This document shows positions 41,485 through 51,651 of a stretch of DNA of 64,000 nucleotides, piece by piece; positions within the stretch are counted from its first letter, which is position 1; every line of letters begins with the position of its first letter. This DNA is from an uncultured bacterium (GTDB lineage: Bacteria > DRYD01). Both the position numbers and the translations under genes were made by a program. The notes under the pieces were generated by a model. The model was given only the letters and a program-made list of their open reading frames with translations, searched no databases and was not told the DNA's origin. Where the stretch lies: NCBI GenBank assembly GCA_937139605.1, contig CAKZQG010000037.1, forward strand, positions 79,487-143,486, in the 5' to 3' direction.

Positions 41485-43227
41485 ATGAACAGGGTTTATT
41501 GGATTTTTAGAAATTCTAAAATTAACAAAAAATTTCTAATTTTTTTTAAAGATTTTTGGTATTTTTTTATTTGTTTTTTATTTTTTTATTGGTTTTATTT
41601 TAGCTTGGTTTGTTCTTATGAGGTTAAGGTTATTTATTTTTACGAAGATGGGAATTATTTTGTGTTTTATTATCCTAATTCTTTGAAATTATTTGTAGAT
41701 ATTAATAGTGGGTATGTTATAAAACCAGATAATCAGGATGCTAAAATTAACTTCGTTTCATATATTTTAGATACAAAGAGTTTTATAAGTAGGGATGAAG
41801 ATGTTTTTACTAAACTTTATTTACTTAAAAAGGCTATTGGATTTAATTTTAATGATGTAGAACCTTCTAATGTGGATTATTTCTCATGGTCTAATCTTAC
41901 TTATAAGTATTTAATAATTTTTTTAAAAAATGTTGAAAACTCTATTACGATAACTATTCCTGCTTGGGAAAATTTAAATGAAGCTGATAAAAAAGAAATA
42001 ATAGAAAAATATAGGTTAGTTTTTGGAACTTCTTTTAATGAGCCTAGATATTTACCTTATGAAATCACTTTTAAAAAAGATGTTAATTATTATAATGTAA
42101 ATAACGAAATTTATAAAACGGAATTTTTTACAAATAGTCAATTATATTCTACGGATCAAAATTTTCTAAATAAACAAAATAGTGATACTTTAATTAATAC
42201 TACTCCTATTTCTGATACTTTTATTACTACTAATTTGACTACTTCTAATTTAAATAATACTGGAAATAATAGAAATACAAATTTAAAATCAAATAACAAT
42301 TTTATTTCATTTATTTATGAAAACAAGATTATTATATTTTCTATTTTGTTTTTGTTTTTTACCTTAGTTATTTTGTTTTTAAGCTTTTTGTTTATTAAGA
42401 AATTTTTGGTTTCTAATGTTAATTCTAAGATGAAATATAATGAAGATATTAATAATGATAATATTTTTAAAGATACAAAGATAAGTAATGAATTAGAAAG
42501 TTATATTCAGAAATCCTTAGAAGAAAAAATGGAGAAAGTAATTCAGGATAAATTAAATGACATTCAGCAGAATTTATTGCAAAAATTAGATTTAAGTATT
42601 TCAGAATTAACTAAAAGGATAGAAAATATTGAAAATAATTATTTAGGTTTAAATAATACTAAGAAAGATATTGAATTTAATATAGATAACTATGAAAATA
42701 TTTATGGCGATCAATTTTCTGATAATGATTTAACTAAATATAAGAAATTGGATCCAGAGAATTTAGAGATTTTTATGTTTAAAGTTGATAGTATTATTTC
42801 TAAGTTAAAACTTTTAGAAAATTATAGGGATTATAATATAAATGAAAAAGCGACTAAAATAATTTTTAAATTACAAGAGTTAAAAGCAAAAGTTAGAGCT
42901 TCTAAAGCAATTAATATGTCTATGTGGGAAGATTTGATTAAAACTGATGTGATTGAATTTGTTTCTCTTTTAGATAGGTATTTGATTTCAATAGATTATA
43001 ATCCTAACATTTCAAAAATTAGAGAAGATTTATTGAATTCGTTTGATTTAGAAGAAATAGAGGTTATTGTAGGTACTACAAAGGTTAATATTGTCGAACA
43101 TAAAGTTGAGGGATATTCTAGAAATACTGCTTTACCTAATGGAATTATAACTGATTTAAAAGAAAAGGGGTATAAGTATAGGGGGATAGTTTTAAAAAGA
43201 GCAAAAGTAATAGAAAATAGAGTATAA
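41485..43227 (+). CDS. Bitopic membrane protein with coiled coil and C-terminal GrpE-like beta domain
   Basis: Two hydrophobic segments; C-terminus EH.V......PNGII..L.EKGYKYRGIVLKRAKV. Confidence 0.6.
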   Translation: MNRVYWIFRNSKINKKFLIFFKDFWYFFICFLFFYWFYFSLVCSYEVKVIYFYEDGNYFVFYYPNSLKLFVDINSGYVIKPDNQDAKINFVSYILDTKSFISRDEDVFTKLYLLKKAIGFNFNDVEPSNVDYFSWSNLTYKYLIIFLKNVENSITITIPAWENLNEADKKEIIEKYRLVFGTSFNEPRYLPYEITFKKDVNYYNVNNEIYKTEFFTNSQLYSTDQNFLNKQNSDTLINTTPISDTFITTNLTTSNLNNTGNNRNTNLKSNNNFISFIYENKIIIFSILFLFFTLVILFLSFLFIKKFLVSNVNSKMKYNEDINNDNIFKDTKISNELESYIQKSLEEKMEKVIQDKLNDIQQNLLQKLDLSISELTKRIENIENNYLGLNNTKKDIEFNIDNYENIYGDQFSDNDLTKYKKLDPENLEIFMFKVDSIISKLKLLENYRDYNINEKATKIIFKLQELKAKVRASKAINMSMWEDLIKTDVIEFVSLLDRYLISIDYNPNISKIREDLLNSFDLEEIEVIVGTTKVNIVEHKVEGYSRNTALPNGIITDLKEKGYKYRGIVLKRAKVIENRV

Positions 43228-43253
43228 AAGTAGTTTAAAAGGAGGTTGATATT

Positions 43254-43550
43254 ATGCAATTTAATAAGAATTTATTAAATCAAGTTCAAAGTATGGCTAA
43301 TAAATTACAACAGGAAATGTCTAGTGAAAAATATGAAGGGCAAGCTGCTAATGGTAAAGTTAAAGTAGTTGTTACTGGACTACAAGAGGTTGTTTCTATT
43401 AATATTGATCCTGAATTATTAAAAGAAGATAAGACATTATTAGAGGATTTGTTAGTGGTTGCTTTGAATGATGCATTAAATAAATCTAAGGAAGCGGGGA
43501 ATAATGCTATTGCTAAATTACTTGGAAATATGAATTTAGGTTTATTTTAA
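43254..43550 (+). CDS. ybaB: YbaB/EbfC nucleoid-associated protein
   Basis: G.V.V.V.G.QEV.SI.IDP, LEDLLVVALNDA. Confidence 0.93.
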   Translation: MQFNKNLLNQVQSMANKLQQEMSSEKYEGQAANGKVKVVVTGLQEVVSINIDPELLKEDKTLLEDLLVVALNDALNKSKEAGNNAIAKLLGNMNLGLF

Positions 43551-43566
43551 TTAGTATGGATGAAAA

Positions 43567-44408
43567 ATGTTAGATTTAGATTTATTTTTTAAAAAAAAAA
43601 GTATTGTCTTACATTAAAAAATAGGGTTTTTTTAGTAGGGAAGGGGATTCATACTGGCTTAAAATCTAAAATTATTTTACACCCTTATAATAAGGGAATT
43701 GTTTTTAAAAGACAAAAGGAATATTTAAAATTAGATCCATTTAAAGTAATTAATACTTTAGCTAGTACTGATTTAAGTATAGTAAAAACAATAGAGCATC
43801 TTTTGGCTGCTTTATTTTTAAATAAAATTGATAATGTATTGGTAGAAGTTTTGGGCTTTGAAGTACCCATTTTAGATGGTAGTGTTTATTATTTTAACAA
43901 AGTTTTAGAAAATAATTTTATTATTCTTGATAAGATAGCTCCTTCTTTGAAAATAAATTTTATCCCCTTAGCTAAATTTGGATTAGATTTTAATTATAAA
44001 ATATTTAGTAGTGATATTTTTAAAGTTTATTGTATTCAGAAAGATTTAAAGAGAAACAAATTTTTTTGGGCTTATTATGATGAGAATATGAATATTTATC
44101 CCGCTAAAACTTTTGGTTATATTAGTGATTATGAGTTTTTAAAAAATAATAATTTATCTAAAGGGGCTGATTTTATTAATACTTTAATTTTAAGTATTAA
44201 TAAAAAAAATGAGTTCTTTTATTTTAGTAATGAGTTAGCTTATCATAAAATAATAGATTTTGTTGGAGATATTTTTACTACTCAAATCAAAAATATTAAA
44301 GCTACTTTTGTTTTAATAAATCCCAATCATAATTTAAATAATAAATTAGCTAAGGTTATTTTTAAGAGTATTTCTTATTTTTATAAAGAATTATTAAATA
44401 GAGAGTAA
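43567..44408 (+). CDS. lpxC: UDP-3-O-acyl-N-acetylglucosamine deacetylase; 5' end interrupted at T6A10
   Basis: TLK....VGKGIHTG in frame from 43611, TIEHLLAAL, PILDGS, AKTFG, HKIIDFVGD; in-frame TAA at 43590. Confidence 0.82.
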
Positions 44409-44413
44409 AAAAT

Positions 44414-46609
44414 ATGGAGTATTTTAGTTTGTTAAATTTAATAAATATAGAAATAAATCATAAAGTTGCACCTATTGAATTAAGAGAAAAATTATTTTTT
44501 AATAAAAAAGATTTATTGTCTTTTAGAGATTTTATATTTCAAAATGATTATCTAAAGAAAATAGTTAAAGGGGTTTTTGTATTATCTACGTGTAATAGAA
44601 CTAGTTTGTTTTTTGATTTAAATAATGAGTATTTATTAAATTTAGAAAGTTTTGGGGATTATCTAATTGATATTGATGTAAATGAAATAATAAGCAATCT
44701 TGGTTTAAATTATTTGAAAGATTTTCTTTTAATAAGAAAAGGGTTAGATGCTGTTGAGAATCTATTAAGAATAGCTTGTGGTTTAGAATCTCAAGTTTTT
44801 GGAGAAACTGATATTATTAAACAGATTAAACAGTATTATAAATATTGTAAGGAAAACAGCTTATTAACTCCCTTTTTGGAAATTTTGATTAATAAAATAT
44901 TACATTATTCTAAGGAATTTGATAAAGATATTCGAGCTAAATTTAGTAAACTTAGAAATAATTTTGCTAGCACTATTTTAAATTTCATAAAAAATTCTAA
45001 TTATCAAGATTTAAATTTATTATTTATTGGTTTAGGTAGTATTAATAAGCAGATAGTTTGTTTGTTATTAAATAATAATGATGTTTTAAGTAAAATTAAA
45101 AAGATTATTATTGTATCTAATTATTATGATAATTTTAGACAAAACTTAAAGAGAAATGCTAACTTAGATTTTGAATTTTATTCAAAAAATGAATTAAAAC
45201 TTGCTTTAAGCAAACTAAAAGATATTTTAGATATTATTATTGTTAATTCTAAGAATTTCTTTTTAGAATATACTTTGTTAGAAGGTATAAATAAAGAAAT
45301 AATTATCTTTGATTTTGGATTACCTAGAAGTGTTGATCCTTATATATCTAATAATTTTAAACTTATTAATTTAGATAAATTAAAAGAAATTGCCAATTTT
45401 AATATAAATGATTCTAATTTAGATAATGCTATTGAATTTTTTATTAAATCTAAAATTAAAGAGTTTTATGATTATATTATTTCAAGAGTTTTAGATAAAA
45501 AATTGATTAATTTTTATAAGGAAATGGATGATATTAAAAATGAAATATTATTTAATAATCTGTATGGTAAAGATTTATTAGAAAAGTATATAAAAAAGCT
45601 AATATATAGGATATCAAAAAAACATAAAGAATTTTTAACTTTAACTCATAATACACATATTTTTAGAAAGCAGATAATATTAGGTAGTAGAGGTTCTAAG
45701 TTAGCTTTAATTCAAACTGAGAGGGTACTTAGTTTGCTAAGAATTTTTTTCCCAGATTTTGATTTTTTTGTAAAGATTGTAAAAACAAGTGGAGATAAGA
45801 AAAATTACACTACTAACTCGTTTGTAAAGGAACTAGAAGAATCTTTAATAAATGAGGAAATTGATATTGCAGTACATAGTTTAAAAGATGTTCCTTATGT
45901 TATTAATGATTCTACTTTTATTGGAGTCGTTTTAAAAAGGGAAGAACCTAATGATATTTTGATATCTAAGGATAATAAATCTTTCTGGGAATTACCTAAA
46001 AATAGTGTAATTGGTACTTCTTCTTTAAGAAGAAAAGAACAGTTAAAGATGCTTAGACCTGATTTGGTTTTTAAAGATATTACTGGAAATGTGGATACTA
46101 GAATAAAAAAACTAAAAGAATTAAATCAATATGATGCAATTGTTTTAGCTAAAGCCGCTATTAAGAAAATGAATTTAGAAAGTTTAATATCTTATGAATT
46201 TTCATTAGATGAATTAGTACCTGCTGTTGGGCAAGCGGTTATTGCTTTACAAACTAGAATAAATTCATTCTTTAATAAAAAATTGTTTAAAATAAATGAC
46301 ATTAAAACTTTTATAGAAATTACTATTGAAAGAGAAATTATGGGATATTTAAAGTTAGGTTGTAGATATCCATTAGGTTTATATGTATCTATTGAAAGTA
46401 ATTTGCTTAGTATTTATTACTTTTTTATGTTGAATAATAATGTATTTAAGGGTAGAAAATTAATTAATTTATCTGATGATTCTAAATTATCCTTAATTTT
46501 AAATATATTAGAAAATAGAGATTACTATTTTGATTATAAGGATGATATAATTAAAATTATAAAAGAATTTGCTGAAAAATTTATAAAAGAAATTCTAGTT
46601 TTTGTTTAA
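44414..46609 (+). CDS. hemA-hemC: Fused glutamyl-tRNA reductase (HemA) / hydroxymethylbilane synthase (HemC)
   Basis: NHK.APIELRE, STCNR, GLESQVFGE, D.GLPR; then GSRGSKLALIQ, AVHSLKDVP, GTSSLRR, GNVDTR, LGC in one ORF. Confidence 0.88.
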   Translation: MEYFSLLNLINIEINHKVAPIELREKLFFNKKDLLSFRDFIFQNDYLKKIVKGVFVLSTCNRTSLFFDLNNEYLLNLESFGDYLIDIDVNEIISNLGLNYLKDFLLIRKGLDAVENLLRIACGLESQVFGETDIIKQIKQYYKYCKENSLLTPFLEILINKILHYSKEFDKDIRAKFSKLRNNFASTILNFIKNSNYQDLNLLFIGLGSINKQIVCLLLNNNDVLSKIKKIIIVSNYYDNFRQNLKRNANLDFEFYSKNELKLALSKLKDILDIIIVNSKNFFLEYTLLEGINKEIIIFDFGLPRSVDPYISNNFKLINLDKLKEIANFNINDSNLDNAIEFFIKSKIKEFYDYIISRVLDKKLINFYKEMDDIKNEILFNNLYGKDLLEKYIKKLIYRISKKHKEFLTLTHNTHIFRKQIILGSRGSKLALIQTERVLSLLRIFFPDFDFFVKIVKTSGDKKNYTTNSFVKELEESLINEEIDIAVHSLKDVPYVINDSTFIGVVLKREEPNDILISKDNKSFWELPKNSVIGTSSLRRKEQLKMLRPDLVFKDITGNVDTRIKKLKELNQYDAIVLAKAAIKKMNLESLISYEFSLDELVPAVGQAVIALQTRINSFFNKKLFKINDIKTFIEITIEREIMGYLKLGCRYPLGLYVSIESNLLSIYYFFMLNNNVFKGRKLINLSDDSKLSLILNILENRDYYFDYKDDIIKIIKEFAEKFIKEILVFV

Positions 46610-46621
46610 ATATATAGTTGT

Positions 46622-48127
46622 ATGAGCTTAAAAATAAAATTAAAATCTTTAAACTATAAAATTTTAAAGGAATTATTTTATATATATCTTAACAAAGCTG
46701 AAATTCCTAAATTAAAAATATTAATTTCTAAGGAAGAAAAAGAAGATATAATTAAATCATATTCTATACTTGAAAAAATTTTAAAAGAAAATAAAAAGGT
46801 GTATGGGATTAATACTGGTTTTGGAAAACTTTATAATAAAATAATAGATTCTAATAATTTAAAGGAATTACAAAATAATTTGATATATTCTCATTTTGCT
46901 GGTTATGGCTCAGATATTGACGATATTTTTTCAGTTATTACTATTTTAATAAGATTGAAGCAATTATCTTTAGGGTATAGTAGTGTTAGTTTGGATTTAA
47001 TAGAGTATATAAAAAATTATATAGAAAGTGGGTATGTGGCTTTTATTCCATTTTATGGTTCTGTTGGTGGAAGTGGGGATCTTATTCCTTTAGCTTCTAT
47101 TGCAGCATCTTTTATTAATGCTAATAAAATAAAAAATCTTAAAAATAAATCTAAATTTAAATTTTATGAATTTAAACCTAAGGAAGCAATTGCTTTTATA
47201 AACGGAGTAGCTTTTTCTTTAACTTTATTCTCTTTTGGAGTTTTTCTTGTAGAATATTTAATAAGTTTTTCTAATTTTGTTTTTTCTTTAAGTTTAATTG
47301 CTAATAATATTAACTATAATCATTTTAATTTAGAAGTATCTAAGACTAGAAAAAATAAGTTTTTTTTAATTATATTAAAAAAGATAAACAGTTTGTTAAA
47401 AAATCTTTTGCTAAGTTTTTATGAAGATTATGCTTTACAAGTACCCTATAGTTATAGATGTTACCCACAGATTTTAGAATCTTTTTATATAATTATTGAA
47501 AATTCTAAGAAAATAGTAGATGACGAATTAAATACTGCTAGTGATAATCCTTTATTAATAGAAAATAATTTTTATTCAGCTGGTAATTTCCACGGAAATA
47601 CTATTTCAACTTTTAGTGATCATATGAAAATTCATATATTTCAAGTAGCTAATATTTCATATGAAAGGCAAAATCACTTATTAAATCCTGATTTTTTAAC
47701 ATCTAAGCCTGGTTTAAGTAGTGGTTTTATGATTTCTCATTATCTTACAGCACATTTATTAGCTGAATTAAAAACATACACTAATTACGTTAGTATTAAT
47801 AATTATCCTGTTAGTTTAAATCAAGAAGATTTTATAACTCATTCTGAGGTTTCTACTAAGAATCTTTTAAAATCTATAAAAATAGCTTTTAAGATATTAA
47901 CTATAGAATTAATAATGAGCTTACAGAAAATAAAATTAAAAAATATACCTATAAATCAAGATAATTTAAAAAAAGAATTAATAAAATATTTTGAAAATGA
48001 TATAATAAACGAATTAAATTATTTTCCAATTACAGATGATACAGATTTACATAATAAATATAATAACTTATATAATTTACATGCCAAATTTATTGATAAA
48101 TTAAGGTTTATTAAATTTAAAATCTAG
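46622..48127 (+). CDS. hutH: Aromatic amino acid ammonia-lyase, histidine ammonia-lyase-like
   Basis: VYGINTGFG, LIYSH, GSVGGSGDL.PL, KE.IA.ING, YSYRCYPQ, DNP, GNFHG, QED. Confidence 0.8.
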   Translation: MSLKIKLKSLNYKILKELFYIYLNKAEIPKLKILISKEEKEDIIKSYSILEKILKENKKVYGINTGFGKLYNKIIDSNNLKELQNNLIYSHFAGYGSDIDDIFSVITILIRLKQLSLGYSSVSLDLIEYIKNYIESGYVAFIPFYGSVGGSGDLIPLASIAASFINANKIKNLKNKSKFKFYEFKPKEAIAFINGVAFSLTLFSFGVFLVEYLISFSNFVFSLSLIANNINYNHFNLEVSKTRKNKFFLIILKKINSLLKNLLLSFYEDYALQVPYSYRCYPQILESFYIIIENSKKIVDDELNTASDNPLLIENNFYSAGNFHGNTISTFSDHMKIHIFQVANISYERQNHLLNPDFLTSKPGLSSGFMISHYLTAHLLAELKTYTNYVSINNYPVSLNQEDFITHSEVSTKNLLKSIKIAFKILTIELIMSLQKIKLKNIPINQDNLKKELIKYFENDIINELNYFPITDDTDLHNKYNNLYNLHAKFIDKLRFIKFKI

Positions 48128-48219
48128 ATATTTAAATTATTTAAAAAGAATTTATTGCTTTGATAATAGCTAAATTAAAGACGAAATTTTAAAAAGCAAG
48201 AGAATAAAAAATTTATTAT

Positions 48220-48780
48220 ATTATTATCTAAAAAGTATATTTTATGAAAACCCAGATACCCTAGCTTAACTTTTATCTGATTTATTTAAAATACAAAATA
48301 TAACAGATATAAAAGCTATCAAAATAAAAGAAAAACATCCAATTTATTCCAAAGTAAAAGAAAATATAGAAATAAGCAATAAAAAGAATTAGATTTTATT
48401 AAACTTGAAGTTATCCTCATAAATTTATTAAATAATGATAGACCTAGTAGAAAAGAGGACAAAAAAAGGAATATATAATGAAAAATAGGAGATATTGTTG
48501 AAAATGATAAGTAGTTAATGTATTTAAAGAGATCTAAAGTATCAATGGTGAAGTTTTAAGGATGTTAAGGATAGACAAAAAGAGAAAGAAAAAATAAAAA
48601 AGATGTATAAAGATAATCCGTTAATACAATATATAGCTAAATCAATCTTTGAAGATGAATTAAAAAAATACCAAGAACAATTGAAACAAAAGGAAATAGA
48701 GGCTAAACAAAAAGAAGAACAATTAAAACAAAAAGAAAGAAAAATAATAGAAATAAAGATTAAATTAATAAAAAATAAAT
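48220..48780 (+). pseudogene. Degraded gene remnant, possibly Rpn/YhgA-like
   Basis: Stop-interrupted frame YYLKSIFYENPDTLA*LLSDLF..., followed by an E/K/Q coiled-coil ORF at 48603; boundaries approximate. Confidence 0.4.
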
Positions 48781-48784
48781 ATAT

Positions 48785-50200
48785 TTATCCTTTAACTACG
48801 CCAATAGGTCTTAGTTTGGCAACTTTTTTAGAGATATTAGCATTATGGACAATATCTACAACATTGAGAGCATCTTTATAAGCTTGCGGAGCCTCCTCTA
48901 CAACAGTTGCCTTACTAGCAGCCCTTATACTTATTCCCTTGGCTTCTAATTCTTTCATTAGTTCCTGATAGTTTATAGTTTTTTTAGCTTGACTTCTACT
49001 TTTAATTCTACCAGCACCATGACAAGTATGTCCAAATGTTTCTTTATATGCTGTTTCTGTACCAACTAATACAAAAGAATATCTCCCCATATCACCGGGA
49101 ATTAAAACGGGTTGACCAATTTCTTGATATTCTTTTGGTAAAGATGGATGATATGGAGGAAGTGCCCTAGTTGCACCTTTTCTATGCATAACTAATTTAT
49201 ATTTCTTAGAATTATAAAAATAATCTTCAATAGTAGCCATATTATGACTTATATCATAAACTATTTCAACTTCTTTTATATTTAATATTTTTTTAAATAC
49301 TTTTCTAATTTTGTAAGTAATTATTTGTCTATTTATAAAAGCAAAATTAGCGGCTAAATTCATAGAATAGATATATTTTTGCCCTTCATCTGAATTAGCA
49401 GGAACACATGCTAATTGCTTATCTTCTACCTTAATTTTATATTTACTTTCCATAACTTTCAACATTAAATTAATAAAATCAGTAGCGATTTGGTGTCCAA
49501 ACCCTCGAGAACCACAATGTATCATTAAAACCACCTGATCCTTAAATAAATTAAGCTTATTAGCAATGTATTCATCATATATTTCGTCTACTATTTGAAG
49601 CTCTAAAAAGTGATTCCCACTACCTAAAGTTCCTAATTGATTTTTTCCTCTATCAATTGCTTCTTTACTAATATAATCAAAAGTACAATCTTTTTTAAAA
49701 CCATTATCTTCTATAAAATTAATGTCATTTTTATTAGCATAATCTTCTTCTAAAGCCCAATTAACTCCTTTTAATATTGCTTTTTTAAAATCATTTTTAG
49801 ATAACCTTATATCACTTTCACTAGATAATCCTGCTGGAACCTCCTTAAATAATTCATCCAATATCTTTTCTTTATATTTTTGAATCTCAGTATGTTTTAG
49901 GTTAGTTCTAATTAATCTAACCCCGCAGTTAATATCAAAACCAATGCCTCCAGGAGATATAATCCCATTTTCGTTATAATTTGTACAAGCTACACAACCT
50001 ATAGGAAATCCATACCCCCAATGAATATCAGGCATAGCTATAGCATCTCCTACTAAGCCAGGTAATTTTGATACATTAATTAATTGCTTTAAGCTCTCTG
50101 ACTCTACATTAGCTATATCATCTATATATATTACTGCATTATTTAATGTATGCTTATATTTATAATCTGATATCTTAATAAAATCTTCTGTTTTTAACAT
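48785..50200 (-). CDS. rtcB: RtcB family RNA ligase
   Basis: MPDIHWGYGFPIG, GFDINCG, GSGNHFLE, HCGSRG, SHN, HRKGAT, PGDMG, HGAGR, EEAPQAYK. Confidence 0.96.
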   Translation of the reverse strand: MLKTEDFIKISDYKYKHTLNNAVIYIDDIANVESESLKQLINVSKLPGLVGDAIAMPDIHWGYGFPIGCVACTNYNENGIISPGGIGFDINCGVRLIRTNLKHTEIQKYKEKILDELFKEVPAGLSSESDIRLSKNDFKKAILKGVNWALEEDYANKNDINFIEDNGFKKDCTFDYISKEAIDRGKNQLGTLGSGNHFLELQIVDEIYDEYIANKLNLFKDQVVLMIHCGSRGFGHQIATDFINLMLKVMESKYKIKVEDKQLACVPANSDEGQKYIYSMNLAANFAFINRQIITYKIRKVFKKILNIKEVEIVYDISHNMATIEDYFYNSKKYKLVMHRKGATRALPPYHPSLPKEYQEIGQPVLIPGDMGRYSFVLVGTETAYKETFGHTCHGAGRIKSRSQAKKTINYQELMKELEAKGISIRAASKATVVEEAPQAYKDALNVVDIVHNANISKKVAKLRPIGVVKG

Positions 50201-50262
50201 TTCTTAACACCTCTTTTTATATATGTTATATTTTTATATTTTATATTTTATATTTTAATTAA

Positions 50263-51651
50263 TTAAACTCTTTGGTAAATATCTTTAATTCTAATTATAT
50301 CATCTTCAGATAATTTTTCTCCTACTTGTATTTCAATGAATTCTAAATCTCGATCGCCGTTATTTTTTATAGAATGTATAGCTTTATATGGAATTTCTAT
50401 AATATCATTTTCTTTAACGGTTATTTTTTTATCATTTATAATAACTAAACCATTACCTTTTAATATAAACCAGTATTCTTTTCTAAAGTTATGATATTGT
50501 AGAGATAGTTCTTGCTTAGGATAAACACAGATAAATTTTATTCTGTACTTATTTGGTTCTTTATCTAACTCTTTATAATATCCCCAAGGACGATAATCTA
50601 TAACATTATATTTTAATATCTCAGGTTCTATTCTATTTAAAATATCTTTTATTTTAAAACTACTATTTTTTTTAGATACCAACAAAAAATCAACAGTATC
50701 TACTACTATTAAATCATTACAATCTATAAAACAGTATTTTTTATTTTTTAAGTTCTGATTATCTTTTATTAAATGAGAATTAGAATTTAAATGAAAAATT
50801 TCATTATTATTTTGGTTTATTTTATGATTTTCTTGGAGATATAAATATATTTTAGCGATTTCTTCAAAGGTACCTACATCTGACCACTTAAATTCTGATT
50901 TAACAACTAATAAATTCTCACTTTTTTCACTATATGAATAATCAATAGAAATTTTGGGAATACTTTTGTAATTATTTAATAACTCTTGATAACTTAAATT
51001 AATAAAATCTCTAAAATCGGGATTAATTTTATAAAAATCTTCAAAAAAATAAGAACTATTTAAAATATAAATTCCAGAATTCCATAAATAATTTCCAGAT
51101 TTTAAATAATATTTAGCTCGTGCTTTGTTAGGTTTTTCTATAAATTTTTCTACTTTAAATATATTATTTTCTATTATTTGATTTGGATTTAGTTTAATAT
51201 ACCCATAATGAGTAGAAGGATAATCTGGCTTAACACCTATTGTTATTATACCTTTATAAGTATAATTTAATCCTTTCTTTAAGGAATTAACGAACTCTAA
51301 TTCATTAAATATAAAATGATCAGAAGGTAAAAATACAAAGTTTGCTTCTTTTAGATTATATTTTAAAAGAATGTATTTAATAGAAAGCAAGATAGCGGCA
51401 GAAGTATTAGCGTTTTCTGGTTCTAATATTATTTTTTCTGGAGTTATATTTTCTTGTTCTATTAAGTGTTTATAAGTTATTCCCGAGCAAATTAAAACAT
51501 CGTCAAATTCATTTATAACTCTTTCATATGTTAATCTTAGTAAGCTTTTATTATTAAATATTTTTAGAAATTGTTTAGGATAGGATATCCTAGAAATTGG
51601 GAATAATCTACTTCCAATTCCTCCAGCTAATATTATCCCAAAGTTATACAT
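50263..51651 (-). CDS. manC: Mannose-1-phosphate guanylyltransferase / mannose-6-phosphate isomerase
   Basis: ILAGGIGSRLFP.SR..PKQF, PSDH, FIEKP, WNSG, WSDVG, RPWG cupin with LSLQYH. Confidence 0.92.
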   Translation of the reverse strand: MYNFGIILAGGIGSRLFPISRISYPKQFLKIFNNKSLLRLTYERVINEFDDVLICSGITYKHLIEQENITPEKIILEPENANTSAAILLSIKYILLKYNLKEANFVFLPSDHFIFNELEFVNSLKKGLNYTYKGIITIGVKPDYPSTHYGYIKLNPNQIIENNIFKVEKFIEKPNKARAKYYLKSGNYLWNSGIYILNSSYFFEDFYKINPDFRDFINLSYQELLNNYKSIPKISIDYSYSEKSENLLVVKSEFKWSDVGTFEEIAKIYLYLQENHKINQNNNEIFHLNSNSHLIKDNQNLKNKKYCFIDCNDLIVVDTVDFLLVSKKNSSFKIKDILNRIEPEILKYNVIDYRPWGYYKELDKEPNKYRIKFICVYPKQELSLQYHNFRKEYWFILKGNGLVIINDKKITVKENDIIEIPYKAIHSIKNNGDRDLEFIEIQVGEKLSEDDIIRIKDIYQRV

